From assembly GCA_965112155.1 (NCBI GenBank), contig OZ218103.1: a DNA stretch of 64,000 nucleotides; one strand, 5' to 3'. How positions within the stretch are numbered: position 1 is the stretch's first letter; each line of letters opens with the position of its first letter. This stretch comes from Podarcis liolepis. Lineage: Eukaryota. A program made the position numbers and the translations under genes. A model generated the notes under the pieces. The model ran no database searches and was not told the origin of the DNA. It saw only the letters and a list, made by a program, of their open reading frames with translations. Positions 53,701-64,000 of the stretch are shown here, in pieces.

Positions 53701-54088
53701 AAGGGAATGGGAGAGACATAAAGAAAAAGACTGGGATAAAAACAGAGAGAGAAACTATAACAAAGACAGGGATAGAGATTCAGAACGGGGGAAAGACTGG
53801 GAAAGAACCAGAGAGAGAGCCAGAACCAGAGATGGAGATACTTACCGAAGACGAGACAGATCAAGAAGCAGAGACCGTGATTATGACAGATTCAGGGACA
53901 GAGAACGAGCTCGAAGTAGAGACAGAGAAAGGGATAGAGAAAGAGATAGAGACCGTGACAAAGACAGAGCAAGAGATCGCAAGGACCGGAGTAAAAGTAA
54001 GGAGTGCGATAAGGACTCTAAGCAAGAAACACAAACTGGTGGTCAAAGGGCATCACATGCAGAAGCTTCTTCCGCTAAGCAGACATAG
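50793..54088 (+). CDS. DIDO1: DIDO1 terminal (DIDO3-specific) coding exon: coiled coil, Pro/Gly-rich repeats, RD/RE tail
   Basis: tacag|GT gives GLESARPNLILGLVICQK; 1098-codon open frame to TAG at 54086-54088; summed CDS of 7377 nt is divisible by 3. Confidence 0.96.
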
Positions 54089-55907
54089 AAACAATAATTC
54101 TTCAATAATGAGCCACATGAGGAAGAAAAACATGACTCTTTATTACTTGTACATATTGTATATTCTGATCGTTAGGCATAGTTTGGTAAAACCTGTTTCA
54201 CAAATGAGATTTTGGATTGTAAATGCATATATTCATATATTAAGCAGGTACATGCTGGACTTGCTACATTTTGTTCGCCTCCTCCCTCTATAAGATATGT
54301 AAGGCACAATCCTTTCCCGCATGGGCACAGTGCCTGAGTACTGTTTTCCCCTAGCCTTGGACCATTGCACTGCCTGCTTAGACCAGGGGTCTGGGACCAG
54401 GGGATCCAATATTCCATCCACACAGAAAAAACTAATGCCTATAGCATTACAGTTCTAAAATGTTGCTTTTTTCCTACTTACTTTGTCTTTAAATTTCCAT
54501 TTACAGAAGTAAAAATGGGAACTCTCTTCAATGAGCACATTGCTTTTTATGGATGTAAAGTTATGTTTTCCACTAACTTGAAATGTAATTTTATGAAGAT
54601 TTAAACAATATCTTAGAAGCCATACCATTACATCTTAAATATATAGTATTTTGGTGTTTCAGTACAGTAGTTCCTACATTCAGGAGAGCCCAACATTTCT
54701 GTCCTGAGCTAATTAGGGCAGGATTTTGTGTATTTAAAGAAAGATTGCTGGGGAGCAGTATTTCTAGCAGCTGGCAGAGTATTTGAATAATAAACATTAA
54801 GCTTCTAGGTTCATTATCTTCCTTTTTACATGAGGGCATTTTGAGTTAGATTTCAACTAAGACAAAAAAATGCCTAAGTAACCATATTTCCTGTTTAGTT
54901 TAAGGTTTTTAATGTTGAATTTGTACAAAAAGTGTAATTGATTAAAAATTAATGACACCTCTATACAAAGCAACTAAACTTTTAAAACATACTTATTGGA
55001 AAACATTTTTTAAATGGTTCAAATGACTGACTGAAAAGAGAGTAGTTTGCAGATCTAATCCTTTGTGCAGAATAAATATGGATAATTTAAGTTTGACTTT
55101 TCCAGTGCTTAAAGGAAAATATTTGGACAAGTTGTGTTAAGTACCTTTGAGTCTTACTAATAACAACGGGAGACATTTAAGTATGTAATAATTGCCCCAT
55201 TGAAATATGTGGAGCTTAAAAGTGCTTAAATTAGGCTAGAATACATCCTCAGTCCTGTTCTTGCCACACTCATGGCTATCTTGATAACATTGGAAATAAA
55301 TATTTGTGTAAAAAATGGAGTAGTAAAACTGATACTAACAAATCTGCTTTAAAGAGGAGAGCTTTTCACTGTGAAATAATGCAGTATACTATTACTTTTC
55401 CTGTATCTTTCAAGTTCATAATTCAAAAGAATGCATGGGGGGAAATCCTACCAGTTTTACTGAATTTATGCACTTATAGTTGAGCAGTTACTTTGATATT
55501 TTTATAAACATTTTGCAAATGTAAAAATAGATTCGTAACATTGGCATTTTCAGATCTGCATTTCAAGTAGCACTACTCCTATAAATAAATCACTACAGAT
55601 TTACACTTTATATTGGTACATCTTACACTTTAAACATCAAGGACAAACTGATTTAAACAATGACCTGTATGCAAAACTCTTTTGCAAAAATATTAAAAAG
55701 AAAGAGGTAGTGTAGAACATAAATATCTACTATGATGTAATTTTTCTATTCAAAATGTTTCTAACTTAGATATATATGAAAGTATGCAAAATCAAGTGTT
55801 TGTTTAGGTTTATTTGAAAGGGGTTTCTGTAAATTGTATTTTATATTTCAGAATATATCACTGTACATTAAATGTGGAACTTCATAGGTTTTTGTTACTG
55901 TAAGTCA

Positions 55908-55913
55908 AATAAA
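55908..55913 (+). terminator. Candidate DIDO1 polyadenylation signal (AATAAA) ending a ~1.8-kb AU-rich 3' UTR
   Basis: AATAAA at the end of a repeat-free AU-rich block; ATTAAA at 55867 and other AATAAA hexamers also lie upstream. Confidence 0.5.
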
Positions 55914-56407
55914 CATCTAAAGAAAGCCGTTGTATCAAAATTTTCATAGGAACTGATAGCAGAATCTGCCACATTAATCCAAATACACTACTCTAATGCT
56001 TCAGTTTCTTTGGATGGTTGATTGCAGAACAGGGTATCTCTATTTTGAGAAGATGCAAGAGGAATGGGTAGTTGACTTTGCAACCACTAGATGGCTCTTC
56101 AGCCAGAGATCACTTAGTAAAACGAGGAATACATCACTCAAATAGTTCAACAACAACAACAAAGTATGGTCATTTGGTTGGCTGTTGGCCAAACAGCCCT
56201 GTGACATGATGCTCAGTGCTCTGTCTGCATGTCAGTACAGCAGTCATGCCTCTCAGTACTACACTGAACCCAGGTCTTCCCTTGCACTCATGCAGCAATT
56301 GATGCAACCCCCAGTGCTCTTTATTGGAAAGATGTCATTTCTCTACAAAACTGTAGCCATAAAGTATATTTGAGAATGATCAAGGTACTTCAAACACTCA
56401 CAAAACA

Positions 56408-56609
56408 AAATAATAATAAATTCCTTCCAGTAGCACCTTAGAGACCAATTAAGTTTGCTATTGGTATGAACTTTTGTGTGCATGCACACTTCAGATACGC
56501 ACACGAAAGCTCATACCAATAACAAACTTAGTTGGTCTCTAAGGTGCTACTGGAAGGAATTTGTTTGTTTGTTTGGACTACGGCAGACCAACACGGCTAC
56601 CTACCTGTA
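56408..56609. mobile_element. Penelope-like element remnant (fold-back), second copy
   Basis: Inverted arms aattccttccagtagcaccttagagacc / ggtctctaaggtgctactggaaggaatt; 12-bp TSD actcacaaaaca (56396-56407, 56610-56621). Confidence 0.75.
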
Positions 56610-56870
56610 ACTCACAAAACAGATACTGTACTAGGAAAGCCTCACCTGGGGGATGGCTGGCATTTGTAAACCTATTATTGAAAGAGGATGTGCGAAATGT
56701 ACCCCCCCCCCCATGACCATTGTACTTTTACATTAACAATAACTGAAATTTGGTACACACATGAGCTGTATGCAGAGCTCCAAGTTTAGGCTGAATTTAT
56801 GTTGAAGGGAATGGGATTACACCACTCATCCTGTCCCTTGAATGTACATGTTCAGTGCAGAAGCTAAAGG

Positions 56871-56890
56871 GGTGTCCTTCCTGTATTACC
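56871..56890. repeat. (GT)10 microsatellite
   Basis: Direct reading. Confidence 0.9.
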
Positions 56891-57414
56891 GTGTGTGTGT
56901 GTGTGTGTGTAAATGGGGAGTTTACTTTGGTGAGTCAAATCTTGGCACACAAAAATCTAGATTCCAGTATTCCAGCACAGTGTAAGCCAAACCCTATGGA
57001 ATATTGCTCTGAATATCTCAGCACATGGTTAAATTGGGCTGGGAAGTGGAGGAGGTGCACCACTGCCTGCCAATAATAATGACAGTTTTTAGAGCAAAGT
57101 TGGGACACATTGGTATATGATATGGATCTTTGATTACAGAATGCAAGCTAAAAGAATTCAATGGTTTCAAGAGTCCCTAAAGTCTGCTCAGAACTGCTGC
57201 AGTGATAAAGGAGTCTAAATACTTCAAACAATTCGTCCTGTACTTTTACTCCAGATCTGAGCACCCTCATTTATATAGCCAGAACAACAGCTGTGCAAAG
57301 AGGCAGAGTATGTAGAATGCTGATAGGCTGTTGAGAGGGGGAAATTGAAAATAAGTGGGAGGGCAAAGGAGATGGGAGTGGCTGGAAAAAACGGCATGGT
57401 TGAATACCATAGGT

Positions 57415-57620
57415 CAGGGGTCAGCAAACTTTTTCAGCAGGGGGCCGGTCCACTGTCCCTCAGACCTTGTGGCGAGCTGGACTATATGGGGGGGGGGAGA
57501 ACGAATTCCTATTCCCCACAAATAACCCAGAGATGCATTTTAAATAAAAGGTCACATTCTACTCATGTAAAAACATGCTGATTCCCAGACCATCCGTGGG
57601 CTGGATTTAGAAGGTGATGC
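57415..57620. mobile_element. hAT-Charlie-like element, left portion
   Basis: caggggtcagcaaactttttcagcagggggccgg terminus typical of hAT MITEs; right TIR not found. Confidence 0.55.
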
Positions 57621-57886
57621 CCCTGGGATCCCATGGCATAGGTGCCAACTCCCTGGGTGCCCGAGCACCCACAAATTTTGGTGCCAGGGCCATGCACGCC
57701 ACATGGCACCCATGGTCTCGGGGCCAAGCTGCCACTCCTGTAAGATACGCATGTTCTTCTGTGATAGATTTCATTTTGTTTTCTTGCACAAAAGAGCGAT
57801 GAAACACAGCTGACTTACAGGAATTGGCTCTTATTTAGTAGAAGGGGAATGTAGGATTAAAAAAGGCAGCAGGGCTGTTTCACATA

Positions 57887-58134
57887 CAGTGGTACCTCAG
57901 ATTACATAGGCTTCAGGTTACAAACTCCGCTAACCCAGAAATAGTACCTCGGGTCTTAACCTGAAACTGTTCTTAACCTGAAGCACCACTTTAGCTAATG
58001 GGGCCTCCTGCTGCTGCTGCGCCGCCAGAGCACGATTTCTGTTCTCATCCTGAAGCAAAGTTCTTAACCTGAAGCACTATTTCTGGGTTAGCGGAGTCTG
58101 TAACCTGAAGCGTATGTAACCCGAGGTACCACTG
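57887..58134. mobile_element. Tc1/mariner Tigger-like MITE with long (~65 bp) inverted arms
   Basis: TA|cagtggtacctc...gaggtaccactg|TA. Confidence 0.85.
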
Positions 58135-59299
58135 TACATTTATCATTCAGTAAAGCATTGGGTGGCAAATTTCCTGCCCTGCCCAGTAGCCATCACAGCC
58201 TGAATGCATCAGGACACTGTAGCAGCTGAAATTACCACAAATACATTTTAATAGTGGCAATTCACATATTCACCTGCAAATTGTCAAGTATTAGGTCTTG
58301 TGATACTGCAGCAAGCTAGAACTTACCTTTCCACCCAGCCATCGCTATAACAAACTTTGGTGGGAAAGTATGGATAGGACTGTCGTCCAAATGGAGTCAC
58401 CAAGAAACAACGGAGTTATCCATGTACTTGCAGAAGCCGCAAAAATCCACAAAATAAAAAAACCTTCAAAACAGCCCAGTGAGCTAGCCAGCAAAAGAAT
58501 TAGATGCAGCTGACAGCATTATGTCAGTAATATATTCTATAATACATGGGAGTCCTGAGAGGAAATAGTTCTTTTATTTTTGCAACAACTGTAAAGTTAG
58601 GCTAGGAAAACCTAAGGGGAAAGGTGATTTCTTTTGGAGATAGGTACTTAAGAGAAAAGAATTTAGCTTAAGTAACATTTCCTCATTGTGGAACAGCTGC
58701 CTCTTCCAGAAGTTTAACATTTAAAAGTAACAATTATGTAAATATAAATGGTAATGCATATATTTATTTAAAAGCATTTATGCTGTATGCCGCTTAATAT
58801 TTCAAAACTCTCTTAATGAGTTTGAACTGTTCTTGGCTTTTATCCTAGAGATTCAGGACCAGCCCAAACTAGCAAAACGGAACGATTTTTTTTTTTAATA
58901 CTCAAAGCAATTAAGCAAAACAAAAGTCATATTTAAATGTGTTATGGTTCAAAGGAGGGTGCAATATGTGATTCAAAAAAAAAAAAGTGTATGTGTAGCC
59001 GGACTTTTGCAAATTAGGGTTTACAATCCCGGGAGTTTAATCCCATTTTCTGAACAGATGTGCAAGAAGCGAAACCTGCCTTTGCAATTGGACGCAACGG
59101 CATTCATGGGTTTTTGTTTTTTTTAATTTTTCAGTGTACTGTATATCCTTCTGGGAAACGCAGAGGATAATTTATGATTTGATGTGATTTCTATACGGCT
59201 TTATGCGGTTTTTATTTTATTTTTTAAAAAATCTTTTGTGTTGCCCAATATGGAGCGGGATGCTCTGGATCAACGATCCAAGGGGATCTTGTCCTTGGA

Positions 59300-60260
59300 G
59301 AGATGCTGCTGCTGCGCCCAGTATCTCTCCAAGGAACCCCTTTACCTAGGAGCAAGCCTCGCAGGATTCAGCGGCGCTTACTTCCGAGTAGACATGGATT
59401 GGATTGAGCCCCTCATGCTTAAGGGACAGGCCCGCCGAAGCCGACGGGGCAAGAAGCTTCGGCTCCCGAACGCCTCACGTCCCTTGGCTTCCAACGGGCC
59501 TACTCGAGAGGAGCAGCAGGATTCGAGTCTGGCCTCCAAGCCCCCCAAATAGCGAAAGTAATGACCGCGACTGGCAGCCCTCCACACGTAGGGAGTAAGT
59601 ACCTCGCACTGTGGGGAGCAGCCGCTTAAGGGAACGAAACACTTGAGGGAATGAGGCGAATGTTTCATTCCCTCAGTATGTATTCATTCTTCGCAGGTGA
59701 AGAACCTGCGGCCCGTGAGGCGCCATATTGTGTGTGGAGGAAGCTTTATAGCGACGGCGGCGGGGGTGACTTAATACCCCCCCCAAAAAAAACCCGTCCA
59801 TTACATGCAAGCTTATGATGGGGGAATTCGCTTCCTATGGCAGGGAATAACGTGGAGGGATTTTTGTGTTTTGTTGTTTGGGGGGGGGTGGAGAGCAGAG
59901 ACCGTGAGGTAGAAGACATGGCTGACGACAGTTGAACCCCCTATCCCTAAAGACACTCGCTGAGGGAGCTGGCGCGGCCGTTGCTCCCTCAGCCTCCAAC
60001 GAGGCGCGGGCGGGGCTTCCCAACGCCCCTCCCCTCCGCGGTTTTGGCCGTTGGAGGGGTAGTTTGGGGAGGCGGGGCTTCGGGCCCCCTCGGGGAGCCC
60101 AGGGGCCGTTTGGAGGCGGCGCGAGGGCTGAGAGGCGGGTGGTGGGCGGGGCCGCCCTCCCGTCGGTTGCTAAGGGGGTGCTTGGTTACCTGGTTTGGGC
60201 CTGCCCTCAGAGGTGGGCAGGTGGGGAGGCTGACGGCATTGGTTACCTGCCTGGAGCTGG
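59300..60260. promoter_or_regulatory. CpG island / probable TCFL5 promoter and non-coding first exon
   Basis: Abrupt rise in GC and CpG, GC-box-like GGGGCGGGG motifs, YY1-consensus CGCCATATT at 59721-59729; lies just upstream of the TCFL5 coding exon. Confidence 0.75.
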
Positions 60261-60937
60261 CCAGGTTTCCTCCCCAATTCGCATCCCACTCCCAGAAAGG
60301 AGCTTTGATTGCATGCTTCACCTGCCACTGGAGAAGAGGGGGGGTCTCATTCAGAAGGGGCTCAGTCCCTCTTTCCCTTTGAAAAGTTTGATTGCCAGGG
60401 GCTGAAGACACCCTCTAATTGTTTTTAAAAATATTATATTATGCATTTTTAAAGGGTGGTGTGCAATTATCTTGTGCTTTCACTTTTTGGCTCTGGTTTT
60501 TGAAGTACCCTGTGCTCCTTTTAAAAAAAGACTAGGACCCCCTTTCCCTCCCCCAAACCCATCCTCCACACACACACACACATCCCAAGGGAGGACTGGA
60601 TATTTCATTTGGCAGCTTTTAACTTCAGGCACTTTTTGGAGAATGTAATGTTTCAATTTTTAAAAAAACATTGAGCCACTCATATGCTTTGGATGCCATC
60701 GATGTTTTTTAGCTGGTGATAGTGCTGTCAAGAATTGGGAAAGTTAATGTCCCGAGGAAGTAATGGAAGCATAAGGCAATGCAACAACTGTTTTGTGCAG
60801 GCTAATCAGCGCATCTTTAAAAGCACTGGCTCCTGATTGCACCTATTATTTGCAAAGTTTTGCTGCACCAAGCTGGTGTTTACTCCCTGTTCATTCAGCT
60901 TTCTGAAGACTTTGAGGCATTGGTATTCGCCAGTATC

Positions 60938-61668
60938 ATGTCAGACTCAACCTCCAAGGTGTCCGAAACTTCCAACCCTCGGGCTGTGGTTACAGATCCA
61001 GCTTCTACTGCTTCTGTTGCTGAAGGCCCAGCAGATTCCTCTTTTGGTGAGCAAAACCTGAGCTTCACCACCACGGATCTCAGCCTGGTGGAAATGACAG
61101 AAATAGAATACACACAACTTCAGCACATACTCTATTCCCATATGGAGGCGCAAGCAAATGAAAATGAAGCAGAAAATAGGCTGAATTCAAGTTCCTTCTC
61201 CACTAACAATCCTGCAAATCAATCACAATACCTGTCATCATCTAGTAACAGTCTAAGTGGCCTTTCATCAAACAGTTCTGGAAACCAGTCACTTTATCCC
61301 ATTATCTGTCAGTCTGGTTTAGCCTCTGACAGCAATTTCATGGGTCCTAATCAGTGTCTAGGGCACATTGACTTCCAGGAGCTAAGAATGATGTTGCTCA
61401 GTGAGTCTAGCATCCCTCCAAACCAAGCTGAAAAAACTCCTAATAGTAGCTCTGTGGAAATGACTGGGCAGAGTTCAGTTAAAGCCAAACATAGTGAAAA
61501 CTTGGGCGGGCTGAATAAAGAAAATTTGCCTGTGGAAAATTCAGCACCAATTCTTGAATCCAGAGCCAAATCTGCAGTCCGTGTTCGATTGGAAGACAGA
61601 TTCAACAGTATCCAGGCTGAACTTCCCAGATGTCAAGAAACCCAGGAAACTGGAGTAGCCATTAACAA
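60938..61668 (+). CDS. TCFL5: TCFL5 (bHLH transcription factor-like 5) first coding exon; gene continues beyond the window
   Basis: LSFTTTDLSLVEMTEIEYTQLQHILYSHMEA, CLGHIDFQELRMMLLSE and RAKSAVRVRLEDRFNSI are TCFL5 signature blocks; acceptor ttcattcag|60899, ATG 60938, donor AA|gtgtgt; DIDO1-TCFL5 synteny. Confidence 0.93.
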
Positions 61669-63848
61669 GTGTGTTACATTTTTATTTCCTTTAATCTCAG
61701 CTTAATCATGTATATTAACTGTGGCCTCTGTCAATCGAACATACTAGGGTGCATACCCAAGATGCTTTGCATTTATTAATAAGGAATAATTCCAATCTGT
61801 AAGTTCTGATTTCTATCAATTAAAATTGTGTGGATTCACCGTTTGATACATATATACAAAGGGGTGGATAGGCAAGAGTCATTGGTAGTAAGTGATTTTA
61901 GACCTGTCTCCAGTATTCCTTGACTATATCATGTGTGAATCCTAGATCTTACCTGATGTTAGAAAAACTAGCATTTAAACTGAGCCACACTATAGCGTAT
62001 ATGTAAGCTTTCAGGATGTTCCTCAAGTTCTTTGGATCTACATGATTTTTTTATCTCCTGCACTTTCAGTTTTGCTGCTATACGAAGACCAATTACTTTT
62101 ACTTTTGAGGAAGCTCTAGCTCTGGATCTCCTGTATCAAGTGGGGGATTATACCAGAGTAGGAGGGTCATGTGTACTGAGTGAAGTCTTCTGTTTGAAGG
62201 GCTTCTGGTTCAAATGTGTTTAATTATAAATAAGCATTAGAAAGGAAAGCAGAGGTCTTGAAGCTCTGCATCAGTAGCAACTGGAAACAGACTAAGCAGG
62301 CACACAAGACACCTAGTCACTGTTTTGTGAGATTTTCATATAAAGATTGCATTTGTATTGAAATTGTGGTAATTATTTCTAAATTTGCATTTTTGCATAT
62401 AAATTAAAACATGCAGCTTATGGGCAAATCTGTTCTCTATTGTGGTGGTGTATTTCATCCTTTTGGCAATTCATAAGTTGCCACTCTAGACCAGGTGGTC
62501 TACAAGGCCCCCTCCAATTCTTTGATTCTGTATCAATTCTATATCAAACTGTAGATTTTAAGATTTCAGTGTCATTACATTATCCACCTGTGGATGGATC
62601 CATCAGCATACTCACACTCTAAAAACTGCAGTGTGCAACTTTTCCAGCAACTTGCTTCTTTTATTTATTTGTGACTGGCATCATTTGATGAACATGGTTA
62701 AAGCCAAGCCTTGGCTGGTGGATTTATACTGCACTTTTCTTTTTACAATAACCCTAAATTCTGAGTGCCCATGAAGTAAGCCCATAATGCTGAACTTATA
62801 GTTGCAATCCCACCAACGATTGCTACCATATATCACAGCATTGCAAGTCAGTACCAAACAACCAACCCAGACTTCATGTCTATGTACCCAAGGGCCACTC
62901 CACACCATGTGCCAGCAAAGCTGGGTTTGCTACACAACAGGGAGCTGCAGGCAGCCCAGGTGTATGATGTGTCCTTTCTTTACATATAATAAAAATGCAA
63001 ATGTTTCATCACACTGCAGTTAATCTGGCCACAGACAGGTGGTGCTGTGAACTATGGTGCGAAAAAGGTGGTGGATGGGTGGCCCAGGCAAGCTTCAGAG
63101 GGACAGTCAGAACAGGCTGTAGCAGTTCCCCAGGAGCTTCCCTGCTCTGCTGGCTCCTCCACTTGGCAGCTGTGGGGTTCTTGCTCCCATGATCCAGAGC
63201 CCCAGGCTAGTTGGTGCCACTCCAACTTGGGGATCTTCTGCTTCTGCCATGGCTGATTAGAAGCATGGTAAGGTCTTCTAGTCTGCTGCTGTTGCCACCA
63301 ATTAAAATGAAGTTGGCCTGGATAAAGCAGCAGCAGATCTTCAGCCTGACCTGCTGCTACTTCTGGCCTCCTTCCTTTGCCTGCCAGGCCAACTCATCAT
63401 CCCACCTGGCTGTGCCAGCAACATGAGGTGGAAAGGGGAAGATCTTAGGAGAGCTGAGCTCTTTGCTTGAGGATGGGCACATGGTTTCCATCCAGTGGAA
63501 ACCGCTTCTCCCAGCGTTGCTCCTGGAAGCTGCCCCACACAGATGCTTTCTACCTTTGACATAGGAGATGGAAGGCAACTGTGCTTGGAGGCTATGAAAG
63601 CCTTTTGCAATCCTACCCCCTTTCCCTGTTGCACCTCTAACATCATGGGTGCAGAGGAGAAGGGGAGAGGATTGCAAAGGGCTTTGCACATCAGAGGTGC
63701 AAAGAAGTGTGTGGGAGGCTCATAAAGTCTTTTCCCATCCTCCCCTTTTCATCCTCCAAGGTTGCAGCTTGAAAGGAGGAATGCAGAGAATGAAGAATGC
63801 TGCCGCTGCTGCTGTAAAAAGCAAGAGAGAATCCTGCTGTTTAGAATA

Positions 63849-63972
63849 CAGGCTACTTTCTGTCTTCGCTCAGCTCCAACTCCCATTAGCCCCAGCCAGC
63901 ATGACCAGTGGTCAGGGATGATGGGATTTGTAGTCCATGTACATCAGAAAGGCTGTAGGTTCCCCATGCCTG
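63849..63972. mobile_element. Degenerate URR1-like hAT MITE
   Basis: caactcccattagccccagccagcatgaccagtggtcagggatgatgggatttgtagtcc is similar to 1713-1848. Confidence 0.6.
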
Positions 63973-64000
63973 AATCATTAGTTTATATGTTAAAATATAT

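Noticed and set aside
53070-54293. Long alternative-frame and antisense ORFs overlapping the DIDO3 exon (e.g. 53625-54293, 222 aa)
   Set aside because: Shadow ORFs expected from low-complexity RD/RE and Pro/Gly codons; no independent features
59184-60411. Several 120-157 aa ORFs in the CpG island
   Set aside because: GC-rich sequence is depleted of stop codons; no recognisable motifs
62995-63921. Overlapping ORFs downstream of the TCFL5 exon
   Set aside because: None matches the expected next TCFL5 exon (LVTLIRHPSEL-like); treated as intronic

Overview
Vertebrate genomic DNA, most likely a squamate reptile and probably a lacertid-type lizard (inferred from the L2, CR1, BovB, Penelope, hAT and Tc1-mariner repeat mix). 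The + strand carries an apparently complete DIDO1 coding region: 17 coding exons at 2576-54088, about 2458 aa by my splice model, with PHD, TFIIS-M-like and SPOC domains and the long DIDO3 terminal exon. It is followed by a CpG island and the first coding exon of TCFL5, the same gene order as in mammals. Three unexpected features stand out. (1) The 17.6-kb DIDO1 intron (15819-33449) hides a chain of about 18 exon-like blocks on the minus strand. Most have canonical splice sites and compatible phases but carry scattered stops and a nested hAT insertion, which suggests a decayed antisense nested gene I cannot identify. (2) The mammalian DIDO1 start codon position reads TTG, and three upstream exons splice in frame to add 156 aa. 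(3) Two Penelope-like fold-back insertions carry minimal hammerhead-ribozyme-like cores. All exon models were read by eye; no searches were run.
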